This document shows positions 8,494 through 16,747 of a DNA stretch of 32,000 nt, piece after piece. Location: contig NZ_CM001976.1 in the NCBI RefSeq assembly GCF_000406145.1, positions 4,057,472 through 4,089,471 of the forward strand, in the 5' to 3' direction. The translations under genes were made by a program, and so were the position numbers. Under the pieces are notes generated by a model. The model did not search any database, was not told the DNA's origin, and saw only the letters and a list, made by a program, of their open reading frames with translations. Source of the DNA: Dickeya dadantii NCPPB 898 (GTDB lineage Bacteria; Pseudomonadota; Gammaproteobacteria; Enterobacterales; Enterobacteriaceae). Numbering within the stretch: the stretch's first letter is position 1; every line of letters begins with the position of its first letter.

Positions 8494-8505
8494 AAGTTAG
8501 GGTGA
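8440..8505 (+). pseudogene. Remnant of a second muramidase effector gene (first ~18 codons only; 21-aa ORF)
   Basis: The sequence ATGGAAGAAGCCAGGATTGCTTTTCCTGTTGG... translates to MEEARIAFPVGTLQNNRVKLG*, compared with MEEARIAFPVGNGQINRVEDVK... in the intact gene at 5115. The rest of the effector is absent, and the paralog 4 start follows 5 nt after the stop. Confidence 0.8.
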
Positions 8506-8510
8506 CCCAT

Positions 8511-9077
8511 ATGAAAAAAATAGCACATGCTTCACTATTAATAGCGCTATTGGCCTCATTACAAGCCTATGCATCTATTAATTTAATCAAGAATGAGGAT
8601 AAAACCCTATCAAGTGAAGTAATAAAATATGGAAATAAAAAAGGGCTAGTTGATATAAAAACCCAGAGCGATCAGAGCTTTGACATTATTGACGACGGGA
8701 AATACATAGGAACAATCATTCCAGCCAAAGGATTTCATAAAAACTATTACCCGCTATGCTTTATTGGTTGGTCAACTGATAAAAAAACAATATCAAAAAT
8801 CATCCCATCAATAGGGCAAGGATATTTTGAACTTTCCCTCTGTTCAAAACTTGATGCAATAGGAAAAATAGAGGAAAAAGGAAGAACCTTTATTGGCTTT
8901 ATATACACTGTAGGGTTGAGAGACAGATATGCTCAAAACTACTTTCTCATTGAGCTTAATAGAGAAAAAAGAACTATAGAAGATAAAAGTCAACTCATTG
9001 AAAAATTTCAAAATGACTCAGAAAAAAAGAGCATAGCTGATCTCAGAAGAGATATAAAGAAAATTGATGAGAAATAG
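8511..9077 (+). CDS. Paralog 4 of 5: secreted protein, candidate (orphan) immunity
   Basis: The ORF track starts at GTG 8502. ATG 8511 gives 188 aa, the same as the other paralogs. The signal peptide is MKKIAHASLLIALLASLQAYA|S. The mature N-terminus (SINLIKNEDK..VDIK) resembles paralog 2. The family core is the same. Confidence 0.86.
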   Translation: MKKIAHASLLIALLASLQAYASINLIKNEDKTLSSEVIKYGNKKGLVDIKTQSDQSFDIIDDGKYIGTIIPAKGFHKNYYPLCFIGWSTDKKTISKIIPSIGQGYFELSLCSKLDAIGKIEEKGRTFIGFIYTVGLRDRYAQNYFLIELNREKRTIEDKSQLIEKFQNDSEKKSIADLRRDIKKIDEK

Positions 9078-9079
9078 CA

Positions 9080-9634
9080 ATGAAGAAAATATTGACAATA
9101 ATAACATTATCAATATCGCTTCAAGCGCATGCATCAATTACGTTAACGCCGATTGATAGCAGTAATCTATTATTGCAGCTGTCGATAAAAACACAGCCCT
9201 TGGGAATAGACCAGATAAAAATAGATAATGGACAATCTTTTGACATTACTGAAAACGGTAAATATCTAGGCACACTAATCCCTGCCGAGGGTTATTATAG
9301 AAAATACAATCCGCTATGCTTTATTGGTTGGTCTATAGACAAAAAAGAAATCAGTAATATTGTTCCATCTATTGGTCAAGGTGATTTCGAAAACTCAACT
9401 TGCTTAAGTCTCGATGCAGTTGGAAAAATAGATGTTAGGAAGAAAACATATATAGGGTTTGTTTATACTGTTGGATTAAGAGACAGACGAGCTAAAAACT
9501 ATTTTTTGATTGAGTTAGATAAAGATAAAATAACGATCGCAGATAAAAATGCCCTTGTCGATAGTCTACAAAATAATAGTGATGAAAAAAGCATTGCAAT
9601 GCTCAGGAAAGAGACTGTAATTAAAATTGTGTAA
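9080..9634 (+). CDS. Paralog 5 of 5: secreted protein, candidate (orphan) immunity, 3' end replaced by IS sequence
   Basis: 184 aa with signal peptide MKKILTIITLSISLQAHA|S. The central part is near-identical to paralog 1. From codon 178 (GAG at 9611) the reading frame runs into the IS left inverted repeat, giving the foreign tail ETVIKIV*. Confidence 0.82.
   Translation: MKKILTIITLSISLQAHASITLTPIDSSNLLLQLSIKTQPLGIDQIKIDNGQSFDITENGKYLGTLIPAEGYYRKYNPLCFIGWSIDKKEISNIVPSIGQGDFENSTCLSLDAVGKIDVRKKTYIGFVYTVGLRDRRAKNYFLIELDKDKITIADKNALVDSLQNNSDEKSIAMLRKETVIKIV
9263..9530 (+). repeat. High-identity segment shared by paralog 1 and paralog 5 (copy in paralog 5)
   Basis: See 6159..6426. Confidence 0.8.
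9603..9610. repeat. Left copy of the 8-bp target-site duplication (TCAGGAAA)
   Basis: TCAGGAAA directly abuts the IS left end, and an identical octamer is found at 10926-10933. A 9-bp reading (CTCAGGAAA) is equally possible because the adjacent base is ambiguous. Confidence 0.8.
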
Positions 9635-10925
9635 TTGCCTGTTTTTGATATGTTCACTCCAACAACGGAGACAGGCAAACGATGGACGAAAAGAAACTCA
9701 AAGCACTGGCTGCTGAATTGGCTAAAGGCCTTAAAACCGAAGCTGACCTCAATGCGTTTTCCCGCATGCTGACGAAGTTAACCGTCGAAACCGCGCTCAA
9801 TACAGAACTGACTGAGCATCTCGGGCACGAGAAAAATGCCCCTAAATCAGGCTCTAATACCCGAAATGGTTACTCGTCTAAAACCGTGTTATGCGACGAC
9901 GGTGAGATTGAACTGAGTACGCCACGTGACCGCGAAAACACCTTCGAGCCGCAACTGATAAAGAAAAATCAGACACGTATCACGCAGATGGACAGCCAGA
10001 TTTTATCTCTGTACGCCAAAGGCATGACGACCCGTGAAATCGTTTCTACATTCAAAGAGATGTACGATGCTGATGTGTCTCCCACGCTGATATCCAAAGT
10101 GACCGATGCGGTTAAAGAGCAGGTGACAGAATGGCAAAACCGGCCACTGAACCCGCTATATCCCATTGTTTATCTTGATTGTATCGTGGTGAAAGTCCGT
10201 CATAGCGGCAGCGTCATTAACAAAGCGGTATTCCTTGCGTTGGGCATCAACACAGACGGCCAGAAAGAGCTGCTGGGTATGTGGCTGGCCGAAAACGAAG
10301 GCGCGAAGTTCTGGCTCAATGTGCTGACGGAGCTTAAAAACCGGGGACTTCAGGATATCCTGATTGCCTGCGTGGACGGTCTGAAAGGTTTCCCGGAGGC
10401 GATAAACAGCGTTTATCCTCAGACACATATCCAGTTATGCATCATCCATATGGTGCGCAACAGCCTGAAATATGTCTCGTGGAAGGATTACAAGGGCGTC
10501 ACCAGCGGGCTGAAAGCGGTGTATCAGGCCCCAACTGAGGAAGCGGCGTTGATGGCGCTGGACAAGTTCTCCGGCATCTGGGATGAAAAATACCCCCAAA
10601 TCAGTAAAAGCTGGCGTGCGCACTGGGAAAATCTCAACACGTTCTTTGGCTACCCGCCGGATATCCGCAAGGCTATCTACACCACCAATGCCATCGAGTC
10701 GCTGAACAGTGTTATTCGGCAGGCGATAAAGAAACGTAAGGTGTTCCCGACAGATGATTCGGTACGTAAAGTGATTTATCTGGCAATACAGTCGGCCTCG
10801 AAAAAATGGAGTATGCCGATCCAGAACTGGCGGCTGGCGATGAGCCGTTTTATTATCGAGTTCGGTGACCGCCTGAGCGATCACCTTTAATACGGTGGCA
10901 ATTACACAGAATTATTTACAGGGTC
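9611..10925 (+). mobile_element. IS256-family insertion sequence (~1.3 kb)
   Basis: It carries a single Mutator/IS256-type transposase ORF. The terminal inverted repeats are imperfect: GAGACTGTAATTAAAATTGTGTAATTGCC (9611-9639) against the reverse complement of 10897-10925, GACCCTGTAAATAATTCTGTGTAATTGCC, with 23 of 29 matches by my count. The element is flanked by the 8-bp direct repeat TCAGGAAA. Its base composition is intermediate between island and core. Confidence 0.9.
9682..10890 (+). CDS. IS256-family (Mutator-like) transposase
   Basis: 402 aa. MDEKKLKALAAELAKGLKTEADL...TELTEHLGHEK...YLDCIVVKVR...ACVDGLKGFPEAI...IQLCIIHMVRNS...TTNAIESLN is the typical layout of IS256/IS285-like transposases. 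Confidence 0.93.
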   Translation: MDEKKLKALAAELAKGLKTEADLNAFSRMLTKLTVETALNTELTEHLGHEKNAPKSGSNTRNGYSSKTVLCDDGEIELSTPRDRENTFEPQLIKKNQTRITQMDSQILSLYAKGMTTREIVSTFKEMYDADVSPTLISKVTDAVKEQVTEWQNRPLNPLYPIVYLDCIVVKVRHSGSVINKAVFLALGINTDGQKELLGMWLAENEGAKFWLNVLTELKNRGLQDILIACVDGLKGFPEAINSVYPQTHIQLCIIHMVRNSLKYVSWKDYKGVTSGLKAVYQAPTEEAALMALDKFSGIWDEKYPQISKSWRAHWENLNTFFGYPPDIRKAIYTTNAIESLNSVIRQAIKKRKVFPTDDSVRKVIYLAIQSASKKWSMPIQNWRLAMSRFIIEFGDRLSDHL

Positions 10926-10933
10926 TCAGGAAA
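10926..10933. repeat. Right copy of the 8-bp target-site duplication (TCAGGAAA)
   Basis: It is identical to 9603-9610 and directly abuts the IS right end. Confidence 0.8.
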
Positions 10934-10960
10934 TATTTTTCTCAAAACATCTCACGTTAA
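10934..10960 (+). pseudogene. Displaced original 3' end of paralog 5 (8 codons plus stop)
   Basis: Removing the IS and one TSD copy joins ...ATG CTC AGG AAA to TAT TTT TCT CAA AAC ATC TCA CGT TAA. This restores ...MLRKYFSQNISR* (185 aa), which is comparable to the LRKHL/IRRHL/LKKYL tails of the other paralogs. Confidence 0.65.
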
Positions 10961-11006
10961 TCCAGACGTATCATTAATTATAAATCCAGCAGGAAAATAG
11001 AGGCAA

Positions 11007-11399
11007 TTATAACAGCAATTCAAAATAAGTAGCATTATCTTCACGATTAACGGAAAGCACAATAAATTTATTTTTATCTGGCGATTCCCATACCTCTCGG
11101 TAGCCATCATCCATATTGAGCGTAAACTTCAATAATTTCAAATAGTTCCTTAACGTCTCAATATCGGTGGTATTTTCAAAATATATACCAGTGACCTGCT
11201 TCCCAGGCCCTTCAGCATCGCCGTGTTTAATTTGATATTTTTGAGATATTTTGGGTACGTTTTTTATTATTGGATCAATTAATTGACTGCTGTCAAAACC
11301 AATCAAAGAGGGGATGCAAGCACCAACATTAAGAGAATAGGTAAGAAAAGATGAAATAAAAATCAGCCTGAACAATATGTTCATATGTTTCTTACTCAT
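11007..11399 (-). CDS. Small hypothetical lipoprotein (orphan, AT-rich)
   Basis: 130 aa. The N-terminus MSKKHMNILFRLIFISSFLTYSLNVGAC has a charged n-region, a hydrophobic core and a lipobox-like VGAC. I recognise no family. It lies at the right end of the AT-rich island. Confidence 0.65.
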   Translation of the reverse strand: MSKKHMNILFRLIFISSFLTYSLNVGACIPSLIGFDSSQLIDPIIKNVPKISQKYQIKHGDAEGPGKQVTGIYFENTTDIETLRNYLKLLKFTLNMDDGYREVWESPDKNKFIVLSVNREDNATYFELLL

Positions 11400-11510
11400 T
11401 ATTCTTTAAGTACAGTGGTTAATTCACTTGCGCCACGAAATCCCAACCAGATCACATAGAAAAGAGACTGATCGAAGGCATAACCTAAACCAGAGCAACA
11501 ATATAGACAA

Positions 11511-11534
11511 GTGCGCCGACGTGACACGGCGCAC
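11511..11534 (-). terminator. Hairpin terminator downstream of the liv-like operon
   Basis: GTGCGCCG (11511-11518) and CGGCGCAC (11527-11534) form an 8-bp GC-rich stem with an 8-nt loop. It lies 10 nt past the livF-like stop. On the minus strand it is followed by TTGTCTATATTGTTG. Confidence 0.6.
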
Positions 11535-11543
11535 TCTCTTCTC

Positions 11544-12231
11544 TCATCCCCCCAAATACATCCGCTTAACCTCCGGATTGGCGAGAATCTCCTGCGCCGG
11601 GCCATGCAATGCAATACGACCGTTTTCCAGCACATAGGCGCGATCGGCGATTTTCAGCGCCGCGGTGGCGTTCTGCTCTACCAGCAGGATGGTGATGCCT
11701 TCTTTTTGCAACTGCTTGATGGTTGAGAATAATTCGCCCACCACCTTCGGCGCCAGCCCCAGGCTTGGTTCGTCCAGCATCAGTAACACCGGTTCGCTCA
11801 TCAGCGCGCGGGCGATTGCCAGCATCTGCTGTTCGCCGCCGCTCATGGTGCCGGCCATCTGGCCGCGCCGTTCTTTGAGACGCGGAAACAGCGCGTACAT
11901 TTTGTCGCGCAGGTAGGTAAAGTTGACCGGGTTATTGTAAGCGCCCATACGCAGGTTTTCTTCAATGGTCAGATTGGTGAACACCTTGCGCCCTTCCGGC
12001 ACCAGCGCCAGCCCTTTGCGCACGATTTGGTGCGTTGGGCTGTGGGAAATATCCTCGTTGAGAAAACCGACCGCTCCGGTGGATTTCACCAGATTGATGA
12101 TGCCGTTGAGAGTTGAGGTTTTCCCGGCGCCGTTGCTGCCGATCAGGGTGACGATTTCGCTGTTGTTCACTTCCAGATCGATGCCTTTTAGCCCCTGAAT
12201 CAGCCCGTAAAACACCTGCAGATCGCTGGCC

Positions 12232-12239
<8 letters not shown>
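11544..12239 (-). CDS. livF: Branched-chain amino acid (HAAT-family) ABC transporter ATP-binding protein, LivF-type
   Basis: 231 aa with Walker A GSNGAGKTS, signature SGGEQQMLAIARAL and Walker B LLMLDEPSLGLAP. It is the last gene of a 5-gene operon with overlapping start/stop codons. This may be a paralogous HAAT system rather than the canonical liv locus. Confidence 0.85.
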
Positions 12240-13000
<761 letters not shown>

Positions 13001-13011
<11 letters not shown>

Positions 13012-14044
13012 TCGCGCTTCTCCTGCGGATATCCCAGACTTCCTGCTTGCCCAGCAGCCCTTCGCGGGCGAACAGCATGATCACCAGCAGCACCAGCGAG
13101 AACACCACCATCCGCAACCCCGGATGCGCCCCCAGATCCTGGCCGAACAGCGTCAGCGGTTGATCGAGGAAGCGCAGCCACTCGCCGCTGCCGATCACGA
13201 TGATCGTGCCGAGAATGGCGCCGGTGGTGCTGCCCAACCCGCCGAGTACGATGATGATCAGCAACTGGAAGGTCAGCATGAAGTCGAACAGATCCGGCGA
13301 GATGATCGTCAGCAACGACGCCAGCAGCCCGCCGCCGATGCCCTCGAAAAAGGCGCTGGTGGCGAAAGCGCAGGTCTTGACGCGAAAGGTATTGATGCCC
13401 ATTGCAATCGCCGCGTCTTCATCGTCGCGCACCGCTTTCATGGCGCGGCCGTATTTGGAGTAGACCAATTGTAGGATGAACAGCACCGCCGCCAGCGCGA
13501 TGAAACCGCACCAGTACAGAATATGACTGACCTGCGGGATCTCGTTCAGACCAATGGCGCCGTTGGTAAATTGCGGGTTATTGATGGCGAAGATCTTGAT
13601 GATGAAGCCGAACCCCAGCGTGACGATCGCCAGATAATCGCCGCGCACGCGGAATACCGGAAACGACAGGCACACCGCCACCGCCGCCGCGCATACCCCG
13701 CTGATGATCAGCGCCGGCAGAAACGACGCATGCACCGCCAGAATCAGCGGGCTGGGCGCCGTCATCTCGAACATATTGGTTTTGGCATCCGCGCTCAACA
13801 GCAGCAGCGCCGTAATGTAAGCGCCGATCGCCACAAAGCCGTTAGGCTCCAGCGACAGCTGCCCGGTCACGCCGTTAATCAGGTTATAGCTGACCGCCAG
13901 AATCATAAAAATGAAGATGTTACAGAAGATGCGCACGATATAGTCATTAAACAGCGCATCCAACCCGGTCAGCGCCAGCAGAGCCAGCGCAAACACGGCG
14001 AAATATCCCAGCCACATCGTCGGGGAAGTCCGCGGCATTCTCAT
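13001..14044 (-). CDS. livM: Branched-chain amino acid ABC transporter permease, LivM-type
   Basis: 347 aa and multi-TM. Its ATG shares a base with the upstream TGA stop (TGATGA at 14046-14041 on the minus strand). It sits between the LivH-type and LivG-type genes. Confidence 0.82.
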
Positions 14045-14946
14045 CAGAAACGGCTCCTTTCCAGTCGTTCGTCGCCCATAATGCCTACCGGTCTGAACAG
14101 CAGTACCAGAATCAAAAACATGAAGGCAAAGGCGTCTTTATAGCCGCCCAATTCCGGAAACAGCGCCACCGCCACCACTTCGGTAAAGCCGAGGATAAAA
14201 CCGCCGATCACCGCGCCGGTGACGCTGCCGATGCCGCCCAGCACCGCCGCGGCGAAGGCTTTCAGGCCGATCAACACCCCCATCAGCGGATCGATAGAGG
14301 GGTAGCTGATGGCGTAGAACACGCCGCCCAGCGCCGCCAGCGCGCTGCCGAGCGCGAACACGAAGGCGATGATCTGGTTGGCGTCGATGCCCATCAGCCG
14401 CACGGTGTTGACGTCAAACGCCACCGCGCGGATCGCCATCCCCTGCCGGGTGCGATAAAGAATGCACAGGATCACCGCCAGCAGCGCCAGCGTCATCAAC
14501 GGTACGATCCAGGCCACATTGGTGACGACGATCGGCCCGAGATTGATGGTCTGATTAAAGAACGGCGGCGACTCGAAGTAACGCGGGCTGCCGCCGAACA
14601 CCACATTGAACAGGTTCTCCAGAAAGAAACTGACGCCGATGGCGGTGATCAGCATCGAGATCTTCGATGCCTGCCTAAGCGGGCGGTAGGCGATTTGATC
14701 GATACCGATCCCCAGCAGCGCGGCGATGAGAATGGCGAGGATCACGGCGGCCCCGAAAGGCAACCCGAGGGAGGTGAAACCGAGCAGGGCCATAAAAGCC
14801 CCGACCATCATGATATCGGCATGAGCGAAGTTGATCAGCCGCAGCACGCCGTACACCATGGTATAGCCGATGGCGATCAGCGCGTACATGCTGCCAAGGC
14901 TCATGCCATTGACCACTTGCTGCAAGAAAACGGCAAGATCCATCAT
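14044..14946 (-). CDS. livH: Branched-chain amino acid ABC transporter permease, LivH-type
   Basis: 300 aa and multi-TM. The N-terminus ...QQVVNGMSLGSMYALIAIGYTMVYGVLRLINFAHAD is typical of the LivH/BraD family. Confidence 0.85.
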   Translation of the reverse strand: MMDLAVFLQQVVNGMSLGSMYALIAIGYTMVYGVLRLINFAHADIMMVGAFMALLGFTSLGLPFGAAVILAILIAALLGIGIDQIAYRPLRQASKISMLITAIGVSFFLENLFNVVFGGSPRYFESPPFFNQTINLGPIVVTNVAWIVPLMTLALLAVILCILYRTRQGMAIRAVAFDVNTVRLMGIDANQIIAFVFALGSALAALGGVFYAISYPSIDPLMGVLIGLKAFAAAVLGGIGSVTGAVIGGFILGFTEVVAVALFPELGGYKDAFAFMFLILVLLFRPVGIMGDERLERSRF

Positions 14947-15073
14947 GTCATCCTTTACTGTTAGGCTGCGCCCCGCCTTGCTATTCGCGGATGCCGCTAG
15001 CGGCGATGATTCCGCGCGGCAAGGCGCCAGCCGTGAAGTGTGGTAGACCAGACAAACGACGGGGCAAAGCCGA

Positions 15074-16210
15074 TTACGGGTTGATCACCGTTTTAAACAC
15101 CATCTCGCCGCCTTTCACTTCGTTGATCACCGCCGGACGAATGGCGTCGCCGTCTTTCAGGGTCAGGGTGCCGGTGATGCCGGTGAAGTTGCTGGTAGCG
15201 CGAATCGCCTTGTTGACGCAGACGCGATCGTGCGGATCGCTACAGGTGTTCATGGCGTTGACGATCATCTTGTAGGCGTCCGCCGTCATCGCTCCCCAGG
15301 TGTGGGTCGGTTCCTTGTATTTGGCGGTCCAGGCTTTGATGAACTTTTCCCCTTCCGGCGTCTGCTCTTTGGCGTTCGGCGAGTAGTAGTCGGTGGTCAT
15401 CCACCCTTCCACCGCATCCTGCCCCATTTTGAAGAACACCGGATCCGCCGCCAGACCGTCGCCGCCGACCACCGGCACCTTCAGCCCGAGCTGTTTGGCC
15501 TGCACGGCGATCAGCGCGCCTTCGGTGTAATAAATCGGCATGTAGATCACGTCCACATTGTGGGATTTGATGGTGGAGAGCTGGGCTTTGAAATCTTTGC
15601 TGCCGCCGGGCGCCTGCACTTCAATCGGGATGGTGCCGCCGTTTTTCAGGAATTGGGTGCGGAATGATTTAGCCAGCCCTACCGAGTAGTCGTTGCTGCT
15701 GTCGAACATGATGGCGGCTTTCTTCGCCTTCAGGTCGCGGGTCGCCAGATTGGCGCCGACCACGCCCTGAAAACTGTCGGAGAAGCAGACGCGGCTGACG
15801 TACTCCTTGCCTTTGGTCACCCGGTCGTTGGTGGCGGTCGGCGAGACGATCGGCGTTTTGGTGTCTTCCGCCATTTTAGTCATCGCCATGGTATTGGTGG
15901 AGGTCACCTCGCCGATCACCGCATCCACTTTATCGCTGGATACCAGGCGCTGCATGGCGTTGGCCGCTTCCACCTTGTCGCTCTTGTCGTCAATCACCAC
16001 CAGCTTGATGGTATCGCCGTTCTTCAGTTTGGTATCGATACCGTTAATCAGTTCCAGTCCTTTCAGCGACGGCTGACCATAACCGCTCAATGCCCCGCTC
16101 AGGGGCAATACCACGCCAATCTTGATGTCATCCGCCCACGCCCCCACCGAAGCCAGTGAAGACGATACGGCTACCGCTGCGACAGTAAATCTGAAAAATT
16201 TGTTCTTCAT
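15074..16210 (-). CDS. Periplasmic amino-acid-binding protein of the HAAT ABC transporter (LivJ/LivK-like)
   Basis: The ORF track start (16237) is trimmed to ATG 16210, which is preceded by GAGG plus a 5-nt spacer. The signal peptide is MKNKFFRFTVAAVAVSSSLASVGAWA|DD. It shows a type I periplasmic binding protein pattern (IKIGVVLPLSG...). It is the first gene of the operon. Confidence 0.82.
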   Translation of the reverse strand: MKNKFFRFTVAAVAVSSSLASVGAWADDIKIGVVLPLSGALSGYGQPSLKGLELINGIDTKLKNGDTIKLVVIDDKSDKVEAANAMQRLVSSDKVDAVIGEVTSTNTMAMTKMAEDTKTPIVSPTATNDRVTKGKEYVSRVCFSDSFQGVVGANLATRDLKAKKAAIMFDSSNDYSVGLAKSFRTQFLKNGGTIPIEVQAPGGSKDFKAQLSTIKSHNVDVIYMPIYYTEGALIAVQAKQLGLKVPVVGGDGLAADPVFFKMGQDAVEGWMTTDYYSPNAKEQTPEGEKFIKAWTAKYKEPTHTWGAMTADAYKMIVNAMNTCSDPHDRVCVNKAIRATSNFTGITGTLTLKDGDAIRPAVINEVKGGEMVFKTVINP

Positions 16211-16727
16211 GATCGCCTCTTCAAAAATAAAGATCACATTTCAGTTGTGAAATGACGCTGCATACAGGGTGATAAAAAGAAGATCTGTGTGACAGGATAT
16301 CCAGGCTGTTCACCGGGGAAGTGGCAGCAATAAATATGCCAAAATAACAAGAATAATTAATGTATTAATAATCAAAACATAAAAGAAAAAGATATGAATA
16401 ATTCCCCCGCCCCGCGCAGCCGCCTTTGGCGGCCATGCACCAATTGATTACCGCCATGCTTTTTATTAGTGCGAAAACGGCATCGCTTTTCACAGATAAA
16501 TCAACCAATAGCAAAAGATGCCATATGGGTGATCATGCGTTTCCCCATAAATGTATTATTCTCTGTCTATCATTTTGCAGCGCGACGGCTTCAGCAATTA
16601 TTTCCGGAATAGTTTCGTTTTCATCGTTTTATTCTGAATGGAATACCTTCAGGTTAAATAAACATTCCTAACAACAATGCAACACCGTGGTCTGGCAATA
16701 ACGGTATGGAGAATGAAACTGGACAAG

Positions 16728-16747
16728 TACTGTATGTATATACATAA
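16728..16747 (+). promoter_or_regulatory. LexA (SOS) box upstream of polB
   Basis: TACTGTATGTATATACATAA compares with the consensus TACTGTATATATATACAGTA (CTG-N10-CAT here rather than CAG). It lies 41 nt upstream of the polB ATG. polB is a known SOS gene in E. coli. Confidence 0.7.

Noticed and set aside
5976-9634. Periodic ~565-bp repetition that could suggest a CRISPR-like or non-coding repeat array
   Set aside because: The period equals full-length ORFs with signal peptides, RBSs and coupled start/stop codons. Divergence is codon-structured. There are no short direct repeats with unique spacers anywhere in the window.
4925-11543. Flanking direct repeats, an att site, tRNA or integrase that would define the island as an integrative element
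   Set aside because: I looked by eye at both composition junctions and found no matching repeats, no tRNA and no integrase. This is not an exhaustive search, so absence is not proven.
11399-11726. Small ORFs (69-78 aa) around the livF 3' end and terminator
   Set aside because: They overlap the livF coding sequence or its terminator hairpin. They have Arg/Cys-rich improbable products and no start context.
16426-16671. 81-aa ORF in the liv-polB intergenic region
   Set aside because: It has no Shine-Dalgarno sequence and no family resemblance. It is an AT-rich, Phe/Ser/Ile-biased sequence typical of a chance ORF in a regulatory region. The region is kept only as a low-interest note.
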